Below, piece after piece: positions 23,011 through 35,863 of a stretch of 64,000 nt of DNA. This DNA comes from Dimorphilus gyrociliatus. Taxonomy: Eukaryota; Animalia; Annelida. The notes under the pieces are model-generated. The model was not told the DNA's origin. It saw only the letters and a list, made by a program, of their open reading frames with translations, and did not search any database. The first letter of the stretch is position 1. Each line of letters starts with the position of its first letter. The position numbers and the translations under genes were made by a program. Location: contig CAJFCJ010000003.1 in NCBI GenBank assembly GCA_904063045.1, positions 1,116,001 through 1,180,000 of the forward strand, given 5' to 3'.

Positions 23011-26000
23011 ATGGAAAATTCGGCCACACCTAATTCCAGTTTTAAGGAGGATGATCAATCGATCCTCTGCCAAATTTGCCGTGTATCCATAAAAACAAAC
23101 TACAGCAAAAAACATTTTAAAAGTATTGGTCATACAGTCACAAGTGAGATGCAACGTTTACTTCAAGAGAAGAACGTTCCTGTATCTGATAAATTTCAAT
23201 GTGTTTACCATTTGGAAAGAGATGGGTATCCAACAGCCGACTACCTCCTTCGTCATGTTAAGTCTTATCACAGAGATATGTTTGATCAAATTCGTAATGC
23301 TGCTGGTATACATGACGAAGAAGTTGCTGAGGCTAATCATTCACTTACGGAAGAATGCACTTCATTAGGTAAGCTTTAGGGATACCCTGGTCCAATGTGC
23401 AAATTTTCGAACTCAACTTTGACCTTTCTCCTGGTATGAACTGAGAAAGCTTCAATTTTGATTTCAGCTTCATTTTGGAACTTTCCTTCAAAATTGAAAG
23501 TTTTTATTGAAATTTTCTGGCCAAAAACGTTCTTGATTAATTAATGTTCTTTTAAAAGAACACTTCAAAAAAGAAATTTTTTCCTCTTCGCACTACGTCA
23601 TTTTCCAAATTTTAAATTTTTTTAAAATTTCATATGTAACACAAACAGAATGAATAGTAGCTATCTCCTTAACTTTCTACAACAACAATTTTTATGATCT
23701 GAAAGTGGCAGATTTGTAGACAGGATAGATATGGCTTTGAAAACATTCTTTCAATAATTGTTTACTGAAAATATTGTATGTAATGACTTTTATGAACGCA
23801 AATCGGTATTATAAGTGGCTGTATGTAAGCCATTGTTTATTCAGGGATTTTACAGCTTTTTTCTTTCGTTTTAGAATGTAACCAATCGATCATTTACATT
23901 ACAAGATTTGGGATTTCTGAATAATCAATTGTTAGATATTATAAGCCTGTCCTTAGCAAAAACAATTGATTTCTCCTTCCCTAGTTGCATATATACTTAT
24001 TGAACTCGTCAATTTCTAAATTTTGCTTCTATTCCATAGTTAAAATAATGCTATTTTTTATATAGGTATGGAGGAAGTGGAGAAATATATCCGTGAAGAG
24101 ATAGTATCGGAAGCTGATGAAAAACCTTCAATTGACAATGGTTCTAGTGAAGTTTCTCGACCCATTCCCAAAAGAACGTTTTATTCTTGCAAAAAATGCG
24201 ATAAAAGGTGCTTCAAATATGCTGACGCTTCCAAACACGTTGCCAAAGAACACGATATACCGCGCAGTATGGCTTACAAACATATCTTTTGTCCCAAAGG
24301 CTCTGGTTTGAACTCAAAACAGGTTTGTTGACATTTGTATTGAACATAGTTTAGTTTAATGTATAAATATAAACTCTCATTATCATAACATTTTATTTCT
24401 ATTCATCATGGGACACAACAGCAGATATCATTATCTCAAACTATTTGAAACTAAATAGCTGAAAGAATAATTAATTTAAAATAAATCCGTGTCCCATTCA
24501 GAAAAAACATGGATATTTTAAATTAATATATTTTGAAATGACAAAATTAAAGTGATAATTTAAACTACTATTGTAGACCTCCAAATCACAAAACAAGTGT
24601 TTACTTCATCAAGAAAGCAACTGAGTGCTTTCCCTATGCCTTTAACCTAATTTTTGTTGTATCTAACACACCTGATAACTTTAAACAATGAATGAAAGTG
24701 ATTATGTGGAATGACTGCTATTGCCTATAGCTATTAAACTTTGAGCAAAAGTAATCTCCACTAATCATGATATAATCAATTCAACCATATAAACTCATTG
24801 CTATAAACTTTATAGCTGTTAGAGTTTACAACATGTCAGAATTTTGAATTTAAAGTCTTAACAAAAGAACACATTCGTTATTTAAAGTTGCTAACCCTTT
24901 AAATATCATAACCATTTGCTGCCCTTGCTTCTTTTAACTTCCTAAATGTTCAGGTAAAGGCCAGAGAAAATTTGTTACGAGTTTACAAGTCTCGGGAGCC
25001 GAAAAATGTTAAGTACGTTGAAAAGTGCCTAAGTCTTGAACATCAACGTTATAAGGAATTTCCGAAAAATGCTGATGATGGAAAGACGAAGCTATTCTGT
25101 TCCTTCTGCGATTTGAAATGTGACGTTCCAAGCATGTCTTTACATATCTATTCTCAAAAACACTCTCTGTGCTTCTTCACGGAAGACTACAGAAAAAAGA
25201 ATAGTATTACCGATAAATTTGAACATTATGCCGAATCAGCCGTCCAAACAAGAAATTTCGACGTATCAATTACTGATTCAGATCCTCCTCCCATTGAGGA
25301 AAATTCCCCTATTATAGAGGAGAAAAGCCCAGAGGAGACAAAAAAAGAAATTCTTAAGAAAAAGTTTCGAGGAAAATACATTACTAAGAACTCTATACCA
25401 GGAAGTTGGCAATACAATGTCAGGTATGAAAATCGAGACAATATACAACATTCTGTTGAATGTAAAAAGTTTAATTTTATTTTTCTATTCAGACTTCTGA
25501 AGATGCACGCAAAGAGACCTTACAGTCAAACCTACGTGGATACTGAGAGATTGACTCTGGATTATTACGAGTCATTTGAACCAAAGAACTATGAATATGT
25601 TGTGAAGATGCTCGACTTGGAAAAACAAAAAATTTATGAAAAGCAACAAGCCCTTGGAACAAATAAGTCTCAGCCGATAAGTGCTATACATCAACGATGT
25701 AAATATTGTTCTAAATCTATGGCATTTTACGAATATAAAAGACACGTATTTGGGATGCTTCATAGTCGACAATTTTTTACGGAGGAGTTCAGAAAAGACT
25801 ATGCCGTTGCCGAAAGTTTTACACCGTATACACCGGAGGAAATACAGCAGGAAAATGCTAAGCGATTCCCTGTTGATGGGGTCAAATTCGTTTACAGAAG
25901 TCTTTCGAATGATGTACCTACAAATGATAATAATATGGATGATAGTCCTACTGAGAGACCGAGTAGAAAGAGAAAGAATGCTTGGCTAGAGCAAAGCGGA

Positions 26001-27464
26001 GAATGGGAGCTAGGTATACTTATATATTTTTCATTCAAATGTTCGTCATTAGCTCTCGGTTCATTTACTCTCTATATCTTTGATGGTTCGAAAGAAGTTT
26101 CTTCTCTTTTTATTTTACCAAAAAAAGGATTATCTTAGTTCTCCTTGCCTTTGGAATTCCATTTAACCGTCAGTAATATTTCTTTCATCTATTCAGACGG
26201 GAAAAATCATTAGAGATTTTCGTAATACGTTCTCTTCCTTTTAAAGTCAGCTCTATTAAAGAGAAGAATTTCTATTCTAAATGAAAGATATGTCATATTT
26301 TCTCTTTTCTCCAGGTCAAGAAGACAACTCAAGGGTATTTTCTAGGGCAGGAAGAGGGCAAAATTCTAGGAATCCAGAAGAAGGCCAGAGTTCGAACAAA
26401 TTTGACGAAATTAATATTTCCCCTAAAAGACGATTTATTGAACCTCAAGCTAAAAATGAGTTAACAGAGTCCAAAATTCAGCTAATAAAGCGCATAAATT
26501 CCGCCCAATGCAAACTGGCAAAGTTGTCAGAAAAAATTTTAACTGACGAGGAAAGGACTTTGAAAAAGAATGATATTGAAAGTCTTCTTGCTGTTTTTGA
26601 ATCAAACATTGATGGAGTTTTGATTACCAAAAAGCTTGATAGGTCTCCAGGTGCAAGGCTAAGAAATTTAAGCAGTGATGACCCCAATGAGTTAAGAAAA
26701 GAAGAATTTTTTGGATCGCTAAGATTAAATATGAATAAAAGTGCTTTCAACATGAACAATAATAATGGTAGTGAAGAACCGAGAAAGAACTCCCAAGCAA
26801 AAAACACAGCCAGGAAATCAACATCCTCATATGTACCTCAGATAGCTAATCAAGAACAAAAGATGTCAGATGACGAAGAAGAGGAAGAAGACAACGATGA
26901 TGATGATGCACCTACTGTCTCAGTTGAGACGAAACGAAAAGATTTAAAAGGGAGAAGAGGACCCAGTGAAGAGCATCGTTTCATATCACCTCCACCACCC
27001 TTATTGAACATGGACTACCATCGAGGAGGACCAAGTGGTAGTTACTTCAGAGACTATAGGGATCCTTACTACGACTATTTTTATCGAGGAAATGGGAGAC
27101 GGTCAGAAGAGTATTACCCTCCTCCACCACCTCCTGGATATTACATGCCTTACTATAGGTATTATATAGTAAAGGGATTTTTTCAGATAAAATTCTTATT
27201 AAATTTCTATCAATAAAAATACTTTTTTTGAAATATAGGGGCTACGAACCAAGAAGACACTCGGATTTTTATCCCAATCGTGACCAACGAAAGGATGAGT
27301 ACGTTTTACCTTCCTATTTAAAATTAATTTTATATTTTGTTAATTCTGAATAATTTATCAGAAATAAAAGATCATCTTTACATAACTACAAAGACGTTGA
27401 AGTGATTGATGGAGAAGGCAAAAGATCTTCTTCAGTTGTTAAAATTGAAGTTGACTCTGATTAA
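23011..27464 (+). CDS. Multi C2H2/U1-type zinc-finger nuclear protein with acidic and Pro/Tyr/Arg-rich C-terminus, ~870 aa
   Basis: Exons 23011-23368, 24066-24322, 24954-25423, 25493-26013, 26315-27158, 27239-27298, 27362-27464 (2613 nt, frame-consistent). Fingers CQIC-x11-H-x5-H, C-x2-H-x14-H-x4-H (atypical), CKKC-x12-H-x4-H, CSFC-x11-H-x5-H, CKYC-x11-H-x5-H; NLS-like PSRKRK. No orthologue recognised. Confidence 0.8.
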
Positions 27465-27943
27465 GAAAATTTTCCAAAAGGTATATTTTCTATCGTAGAT
27501 TAAACTCTGAAAAACTGAGTTAATTTTTCTGATCTTGAATCAATTAAGAACAGAAGAGATAAGAAATTGGTTACATTGGTATATTTTTTTAAAATGCTTA
27601 CTGGAAGAAAGTTAGAAATGATTATCCACAAAATATTTACTAGATGTAAGGAAAGTTTACAATTTTTTTTCTGCTGGATGCATTTATGTTCATTTTAAAT
27701 AGAATTTAATTTCCGTTTTCGTCTACTCTCTTGTTAAATTTATGTTTTTTCGTATAATTTTCGTATCACACGTTTATTGGCTATTTTGAAGATAATTGAG
27801 TGAGAAATATAGCATCGTAGAAAAAGTACTAACCTGATAGAGAAAGCATGATTCTTTCTTATTAACAATTTTTTTATTGATTAATTCGTTTTATAATGCT
27901 TTTTTGTATAAATTCTAAAAATCAAGCTGTTAAGGGGCGTTTA

Positions 27944-28023
27944 TATATATAAAATTATATATATATATAAATGATATGAGTTCATGATATATATATATAT
28001 ATATAATATATATATATATATAT
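27944..28023. repeat. Interrupted (TA)n microsatellite
   Basis: Several adjacent TA runs visible directly. Confidence 0.85.
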
Positions 28024-29150
28024 CAATTCTTCTGTTATATTTTAATGAGAAACTTTTTTTTAATTACTTAAAAGATAGTTTATTTAATTATATATTTGTT
28101 TGACTAAAGAGAGATCTCAAATAAAAAGTAAACATTTAGATTTAAAACTAGTTTAATGTGAGATTTCTTGAGCCTATTTTTAAGTACTTTTTTTCTCATA
28201 ATATATTTTGTAAAAGAAGCATATGTGAGAATAAATGTCATATCTTGGATACTTTCAAAATAGCCATGATTGCTTTTGTGAGCTATTTCCCAGTTAAATT
28301 TATTGATGAAAACCAGTTTTTTCAAATCTTTATTTATATTCTGATAGTTATTTACGTACATGTGCATTAATATATATTTATTCACAATTATGTACTGGTA
28401 TTAAAGCATATATGTTTATATGTTGAATGTACTTGTACATATGTATGGTATATCTTGATGTGTTTTGTGAATATTTTTTAACACTTTGGATAGAATAGAC
28501 ATGCGTAAAAATGAACAAGCCAGAAGATAAAAGTGCTTCAACTAATCTCATTTTTGAATTAGTTTCTTTACGTTAGTGATTACAGTAGAGAGATTTTTTT
28601 TACTAACTTAACGATAAAACGTGTACTCGTCTACTGACAAGAAATGTCGTCGTATTTAATTATGCTTTTATCATTACGAGATTCTAAGATTTATTAATAC
28701 TTGAAATGCTTGATAGTTATCGTTTCAATTAAATTGTGTAATCGTATTGAACATTTAATAGTCATTTTGTTACTGTAATCTTAAGTCTATTCTAAAGCCA
28801 GAAACTAATCTTGGATTTTTTTTTCATTAGCTAAGTTCAACATTATAGAAAATATTCTTTTGAAAATTTTTGTAACAATTTCAGATTTTTAGATTAAACG
28901 AAAAATAAAGATTATAAAAAAAGACATGATGACGATTTTTTAATATTAATCTTTATAAAGCAAATAATTTCTTTTTTAATTCTGTATAACATAAGTGAAG
29001 GAACGCTTTTTTTTCACATAGTCAATTTCATTTCATTCGTTTTTTTCCCTTCTTAACAAACGAATAAATCGTTCACGAACCAAACAATAGACAATTGTGT
29101 ACGAATAAGTTTTCGACAATGTAAGATTTCTTATAAGATTCTTAATATAA

Positions 29151-29190
29151 TAGCCAATCGAAAACGTTTGTCACGTGATCAATCAGAGTG
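29151..29190. promoter_or_regulatory. Promoter-like CCAAT box plus E-box (USF/MiT type) cluster
   Basis: tagCCAATcg at 29151-29160, GTCACGTGAT at 29170-29179, then caatcag; motif match only. Confidence 0.35.
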
Positions 29191-30809
29191 TATTTCGATT
29201 TTTTAGTATTTAAGGAAAATTATTTGGAATTTGGAAATAGATAAAAAGAATTTTTTTAAAAGACGGCATCTGTTTCCTTTATATCAATGATAACTTCATT
29301 TTATGACTCAGTGTTTATCAAATACATGATAGAAACAGGCAAATTTTACATATTCTCTGGTTGAATTGGTAATTGACTGATTTTTTTAAAAAGTGAAAGA
29401 AAAGAGTATTGTTATCCAAGAAAAAAAAGTATTATATTGAAGCATTGAAGACGAAAGAAATATTTCTTCTTTTTACTGGTTTGTCTATAATTCAGTATTA
29501 AAGATAAAGGGAGAAAAGAAGGATACAAAGAACGGGCTATTATTGTAAAATAAATACAATATACAGCTTTTAAAAATGATAAAATTGATTCACCATTATG
29601 AAATAGGAATAAAATAACATAGACGTTCCAATTTCATGATTTTCTTTATTATGGAGAGAATTAACAAGGTAGACTATCCTCTTAAGGGCATATAAGAGTC
29701 ATTTTACGTTTCTTTCACATATATGCATACATTTATTGTATACGCATGTACGTTAAGCTTTTGAGGTTTAGTAATTGATCTCTAGGGTTGCGGGTTGCTT
29801 CGCCAGCTTCTGGGATAAACAGAATGAGCTCGACAAAGGCACTCATTAATCGAATTATAACAGGAAGTGTTAGGAAAGCGGAGGTGTTGGTGTGAAAATT
29901 ACTGTAAAGATGGCGCTGATGTTAGGCCTTTTCTTCTTACGTATTAAATCCCCCTCCTCGAAAATAAAAGAAAGAAAGTATAAAGGAGAACGACTGGCTA
30001 TGACGTTTTCTATTCGTTCGGTCACGGCTGTACAACAGGAGAAATGTACCCTCGGGCGATTAGGAGGTTAGACGGTTCAAAGAAACCGTGGACAATACCG
30101 GGAAAGAGGAAGGAAGAGGGCAAAGGGGTAGACAAAAGTAGAAAATGAGACCGAAGGAAAAAAGAGGGAGGAGTGGGGAATCTCAGAGAATGTGGAGAAA
30201 GAGCAAAATAGATAAGAGAGAAAGAGAATGCGAGAGATAGAAAGAGAGTAAGAGAGAGGATGGGGGAAAAGAGAGAGAGACGCGGTTAGAGCAATAATCT
30301 ATAAAGCTAACATAATCAGTTATCCTTTCACACTTCTTCTAAGCGTCTATTGTGCACCAGCCTCTTCAGCCGGTGCCAGACGATTACAGTCTTTTCACAG
30401 CGCATTGCCGTTCTTCTGTTGGCGGCTAGATGTTATAAATTTTGCAATATTCGCAGCAGTCTATTGCTATTTGTATTAAAAGGAGAGTCAGCCATAATTT
30501 CGATGAGATTCAAGAACTTTCTCTTTTCCAAGAAAAATGAATGAAAAGGACAAAAATAGAATGTTCTTCAGAGAAGATGTATCAGTAATTTGCAAAATTT
30601 TGCAGTTGGAGACTAAATACGGAAATTTTAGCTTGGAAAAGAATATAGTTATCAAAGAGAAATAACTACGCTTTTATTTACCGCATTTGTATAGAATAAG
30701 GCAATAAGCTGCTGCATTATTTATGGCCTTATATTATGGAAGGGGAAGAGGAAGGAAAAATGAAGATTAAACCTCTTTACAATATGTATAAATAAATAAA
30801 TAAACATGT

Positions 30810-30813
<4 letters not shown>

Positions 30814-30850
<37 letters not shown>
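30814..30850. repeat. (TA)n microsatellite
   Basis: Perfect AT dinucleotide run; many similar runs occur across the window. Confidence 0.95.
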
Positions 30851-30853
<3 letters not shown>

Positions 30854-31494
30854 CATTCTTACTGTATACACTATCGTTTATTATCCATCTTTAATGGTCC
30901 AACTTAATTACAACTTGAAAAATTAATTACAATTTAAATGTATGTCAGTCTTTAGTAAGAAAATTATCATAGGAACTGCCTGTCGCTAGGAAATTGGAGT
31001 ATTTTTTCTGTCAATCGTTCTTTTCACGAAGCATTCAATCAATATTTAAGTTTCCGTCACGTTACGCTATTGTTGCAGAGGGAAACACTGCAGAGCAAAT
31101 ACTGTTTAAGCCTATATATAACCGATAATTTCATGTCGAAATCTATAAAATTTTCTAGAGAATATTGATTAGTATTGAAAATGAAAAGAAAAGTTTTTTG
31201 ATTTTTTTTTTTTAACTTTAATTTATTCTTTTATTTTTCGTTTTCTTTTAAATTAGAAATTTCTCTTTATTTAAATAATTAGAAAATGAAAGTAAATAAT
31301 TCAATATTTTAATTTTTTGGAATATTAATATTAATATATCTATTGAAAAATTATAACAAAAGAAAAAAAAGAAAAAGTACCATATTGAAGGAAAATGGAA
31401 AAAGTCAAAGAAGATAGAAAGGGAAGGAAAAGTAAAGAAGAAGAATGAGTTAGATTTTTCTTGGTGCAGTATTTATATATTCTCTATGTTTTAT

Positions 31495-31531
<37 letters not shown>

Positions 31532-32845
31532 AATACACTCTGTACACAGTATATAGATACAAAATGTACTTCTACAAAAGAAATGTTTGTATTGTTATAC
31601 GTTCTGGCATTATTGTTCCTATTAATTGGGTTTGAAATATCAATGTATAAATATTTAACTTAGGCGTTTTATAAAAAGGGAAAATGTAGAAAGTAAATTT
31701 ACAGAGTTGTTTACAAATTGTTACATACCTTGTTAAAAAAAAAAAAGAAATAGAGCAAAGAACTGATAAAAGATGGAAGAGAGAAGTAAGAGAATGAGAG
31801 GAAAGCTAAAGATTTTTATTTTAAACTGTTTGTTAATTTTAGTAATTTGACCTAGGTCTTTAAAACGAATATTAATGATTAAATTATGCTGGAGATTTTA
31901 ATGCATAAAATATAACTAGATTTATACACTATATACAAGGTATTCAGTATGTATATATGTTTATATATCAATATTTAACTATGTATATATATAAGTATAT
32001 ATCAATTTAATCAAAATTTCCAGTATATTTACTTTTTACATGTGGAATAATTTATCGGCAAAGTTATTAGATTATTTGGACTATCCTTTTGTTACCTATA
32101 CAAACTGGAAAACGTGTTGCCGCACTCTATTATCGCATAAGGCCTATAAATCCCATTCAAAAGATATAAATTCTGTTAAAAATCGAACTTTTGTGCTCTC
32201 ACGACAAAAATGCAAAAAAAGGTGTCAAGTACATAGTTGTGTATATAATATAAGTAAGCATTCTTATTTTTTTATATATATTTATCAGCGAGTTTACATG
32301 TATATAAACTCAGTTATCTTTATTTATGCTTATAAATGTAAGAATGAATGGCATAAATATAAGCAACTATACTTATACATTTTATATAAAAGAATCACAA
32401 GCGGCGGCGTCTAAAAATCTGCAATGCGGCAATAACGAGCGGGATGAATGGCAAAAGGGCTGGACGGCCGTATGAAAAGGTGTCGATGCAAACAAAAGCG
32501 GCTAGCCCACTCGGAATTCGACGCACGTCTCAAGCTCGAGCGTCTCTTTTCAATAGAGGCCGTGACGGTCGTTTGAGTGCTTTGCACATATTCCGATTGA
32601 GGTTTAGTCGACGTGAAAATAGTCTTCGCCCCGCATATATTTTCAGGGATAGTAGGCAGTTAGTTGGGAACGACAGTTTTTCTTTTATAGGCCTATAATC
32701 TCTTTTATAATTCCCTTCCCACTTTCTCTTTCCTTTTGTACACTTTTGATTGTTCTTTTTTCATTTCATGATCAAATTAATATTTCACTTTCTTCTTCTC
32801 TCTTAGTCAACAAGATTTTAGCCCTTCATAAAAAAATATCCATTC

Positions 32846-32862
32846 GACCACCAGAGGGCAAC
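32846..32862 (+). promoter_or_regulatory. CTCF-like motif (forward)
   Basis: GACCACCAGAGGGCAAC, close to the CTCF core CCACCAGRKGGCRS. Confidence 0.5.
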
Positions 32863-34935
32863 AAAACGAGATAAAAGCAGTGGATGATTCTGGAATGAAA
32901 AGGGTTTGGAAGGAAACAAAAAAAAACTGGAAAATTTCGTCCAGTATTTTCTAATGACGTCACACACATATAGGCCCGTTGTGAAAGTCAAGGGGAAAAA
33001 ATCCCGGTTCCGTGCCGCAATTCATCCGCCGCCCTATTCAGAATCGCAGCTCGTTGCAGTCCCATTCATAAACTCAATGCGGATCGTCGGCAGACATTTC
33101 GTATTCTCTATAGTTGAACAATCGACGTCCATTGCCGAGTTTTCTATACAACTTCCGATTCCTGAAACTGGGGGAAAAAAGACGAGAAAAGGAAAAAAAA
33201 AGGGGGGGGGGGTGAAAGATACGAAAACTGAAGAAGAATAAGACTAAACATGATGAAGAAGAAGAAGAAGAGAAAGAAGAGGATAGCAAAAGAGAAAGGG
33301 TGGGAGGGGGAGGAAGGTAAAGAGGAAAAAAGGGAAAAGAAACTAAGATTCTTTTCATACTATTGTATTTTATTCAAATTTAATCTTTATACATTTTCTA
33401 GTGTAATGCTATTTAATATACTGTTAAGAATAAAGTATATATACTGTTTATACAATTGTATGTTACAGACACTTGTATTTATTTACTAAAATAGAATGTT
33501 ATACATTCTTTTCCACAAACACTCATGAATATTCACTTATTAAGTATATATGTACACACCCACATATACACATTTATATGTATGCTTTCTATTATACATA
33601 TATATATATAGATACAGTATATAGTATATACTATATATATATATACTAAACAATTTTTTTGCTGTACATGAAATCTACATATGCTTTATGCTTCTATTAT
33701 AAGCTATCTCCTTTATAATTTCTCTCTTTTTTATAAAGAACGGCGAAATATTTTCCAATTATTATATTTTATGAGTACGCATGCGCGTAAATTCTGTTCG
33801 AGTGAAAAGGTTTGGCGCGCGTTTTTTGCAGTTGATCGAGTGTGCCTACGACGATCGGATTTCTCTCAGATTTTTTCTCTTTTCTTTATCTTTTATTCTC
33901 AATTTTTTTATCATTTCCTCTCAGCACATTCATTTATAAAAGTGGATATTTATCTTACCAAATTCATCATCTCACAACCTATATATAATCGGATTCTTTA
34001 ATTTACCAACAATGATCATCGAATATATTAAGAAAAAAGTACAAGATAGATTAAAGGATTATTAAACTGGATTTAACAAGGGTAAGAGAATTAATAAATT
34101 AGCACACTGCTGTTGATACAGATCTGTCAATAATTATGTCTAATTAAACGCATTTTTCGATTTAATTAACATCCAAATAATTTCGTTTTGTTCTTTTATT
34201 TCATTTTTTCAATTCAATGTTTACTTTGTTTTCATCTTTTCCTTTAATCGGTAATTTGTTACTTTTCGCTCCTTATCCCTTCCCCATCTTCTCCATCAAT
34301 CTATCTATCTATCTATTTCTGTCTCTCCTCTTTTTATCGTCTTTTTTTTATATGTACATTATTCTTTCTTTCTTTCTACTTTAGTCCCTAATTAAAATTT
34401 TCTAGATAATTTATTCACTTAATCCAAATTAGTTAAAGTCGTTATTTCAAACAAAAAGCAAAAACAAATAATTATACATTCATATATAATTTATAGTGTT
34501 AGTGAAGACTAAAAAAGGCCTATGAATATCAAAATAATACAAATTAACAAAATAAATAAGTATATAAATAAATATAAATACTTAAATATAGAATAAGTAA
34601 TTTGTATATTATCTATCTAGTAGACATAGTATACCGTATAAGTTTTTTTGCAAATAATAATATATTTATAGAACAATCTTTCCTTGCTTCTTTTTAATCC
34701 GACGGAATAATGCTATGTGTATGTGTGTATTCATTTCACTTTTTATACGAAATAAAAAAAAAAAGAAAATAATAAGGGACAATAGAACTTAGTATAGGCC
34801 TAAATAAAGTTTATAATTTTTTTTCATAGTTTTCATCAAAGTACTTTTAAAATATTATACTTTTCTTATAAATTTTCAATAGATTATATATATATATATT
34901 ATATATCATATGTATACTTATACACATAAAAGTGG

Positions 34936-34977
<42 letters not shown>

Positions 34978-35166
34978 AAAGTATTTGTAGGTGAAAGAGG
35001 TAACTTTTCTAAATTCGATTTCTATTTAAAAGAGACGTCATTGGTTTCTTCTTTAGAAGAAAAATGAATAGGGAAAATTTCTAAAAGTAAAAATGGAAGG
35101 ACTATTTCTATACCATTGATTGGTTTGTTATGGAAAAATTTCTGGCTCTCTCTTTCTCCATATACA

Positions 35167-35199
<33 letters not shown>

Positions 35200-35848
35200 G
35201 TGTATATATAACAGTATAACATATATTTTAATATACATATACATATACATATATATATATATATATATAGTGTAATATTAATAAATAGTATATATATACT
35301 CATTTTAGGACTGTGGAGTAAATGCATTAAAATAGATGCTGTACATTTATGCATAGATATATATTTTTTATAAATTTCGTACAGAACCCTTTTAAAGTAA
35401 CAATTTTTCATTTTACTGGAAAAAAAACAGCAGGGAAGAGGAAAAAAGGGTGAAAGAGAAAGGGTAGCGTTTAATTTTTGATGGAGACTATTGTTCGAGT
35501 TTGTATTGTGGTGTTTGTGACGCTTTGAATATCTTCTATTCTCGCATTATAGACGCCGAACAATGCGTTCGTTCAGTTTTATTGTCGGAGTGCGATTGTT
35601 TTCTATACTTTCCCCTAATGAGTTTTTTTTCCTCTTTTTTTACTCCCTCCCACCGTGCCTCCTCACCACAATACCCTCCTTCGCTAGAAACGTCTAGGCG
35701 TCTAAGCGAAAGAATTTCTTGGGCGGCTTTAGCTATGAGAGATGTCAGTGCGGAGTCATTGTTGACGGTAACAATAGCAGGTTGGTAGCAGTCTTAAGAA
35801 GAAGACTTTTATAGATAGAAGAGAGAAGAAAAGTTTTAATCGAAATAA

Positions 35849-35863
35849 TGCCACCTAGTGGTC
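35849..35863 (-). promoter_or_regulatory. CTCF-like motif (reverse)
   Basis: Minus strand reads GACCACTAGGTGGCA. Confidence 0.5.

Noticed and set aside
24407-24497. 9-bp inverted repeat ATGGGACAC/GTGTCCCAT in an intron as a MITE
   Set aside because: Too short, with no target-site duplication and no second copy in the window.
32444-33241. ORFs 32444-32698 and 32906-33241
   Set aside because: Stop-codon scarcity in GC-richer blocks; no recognisable domain or flanking splice logic.
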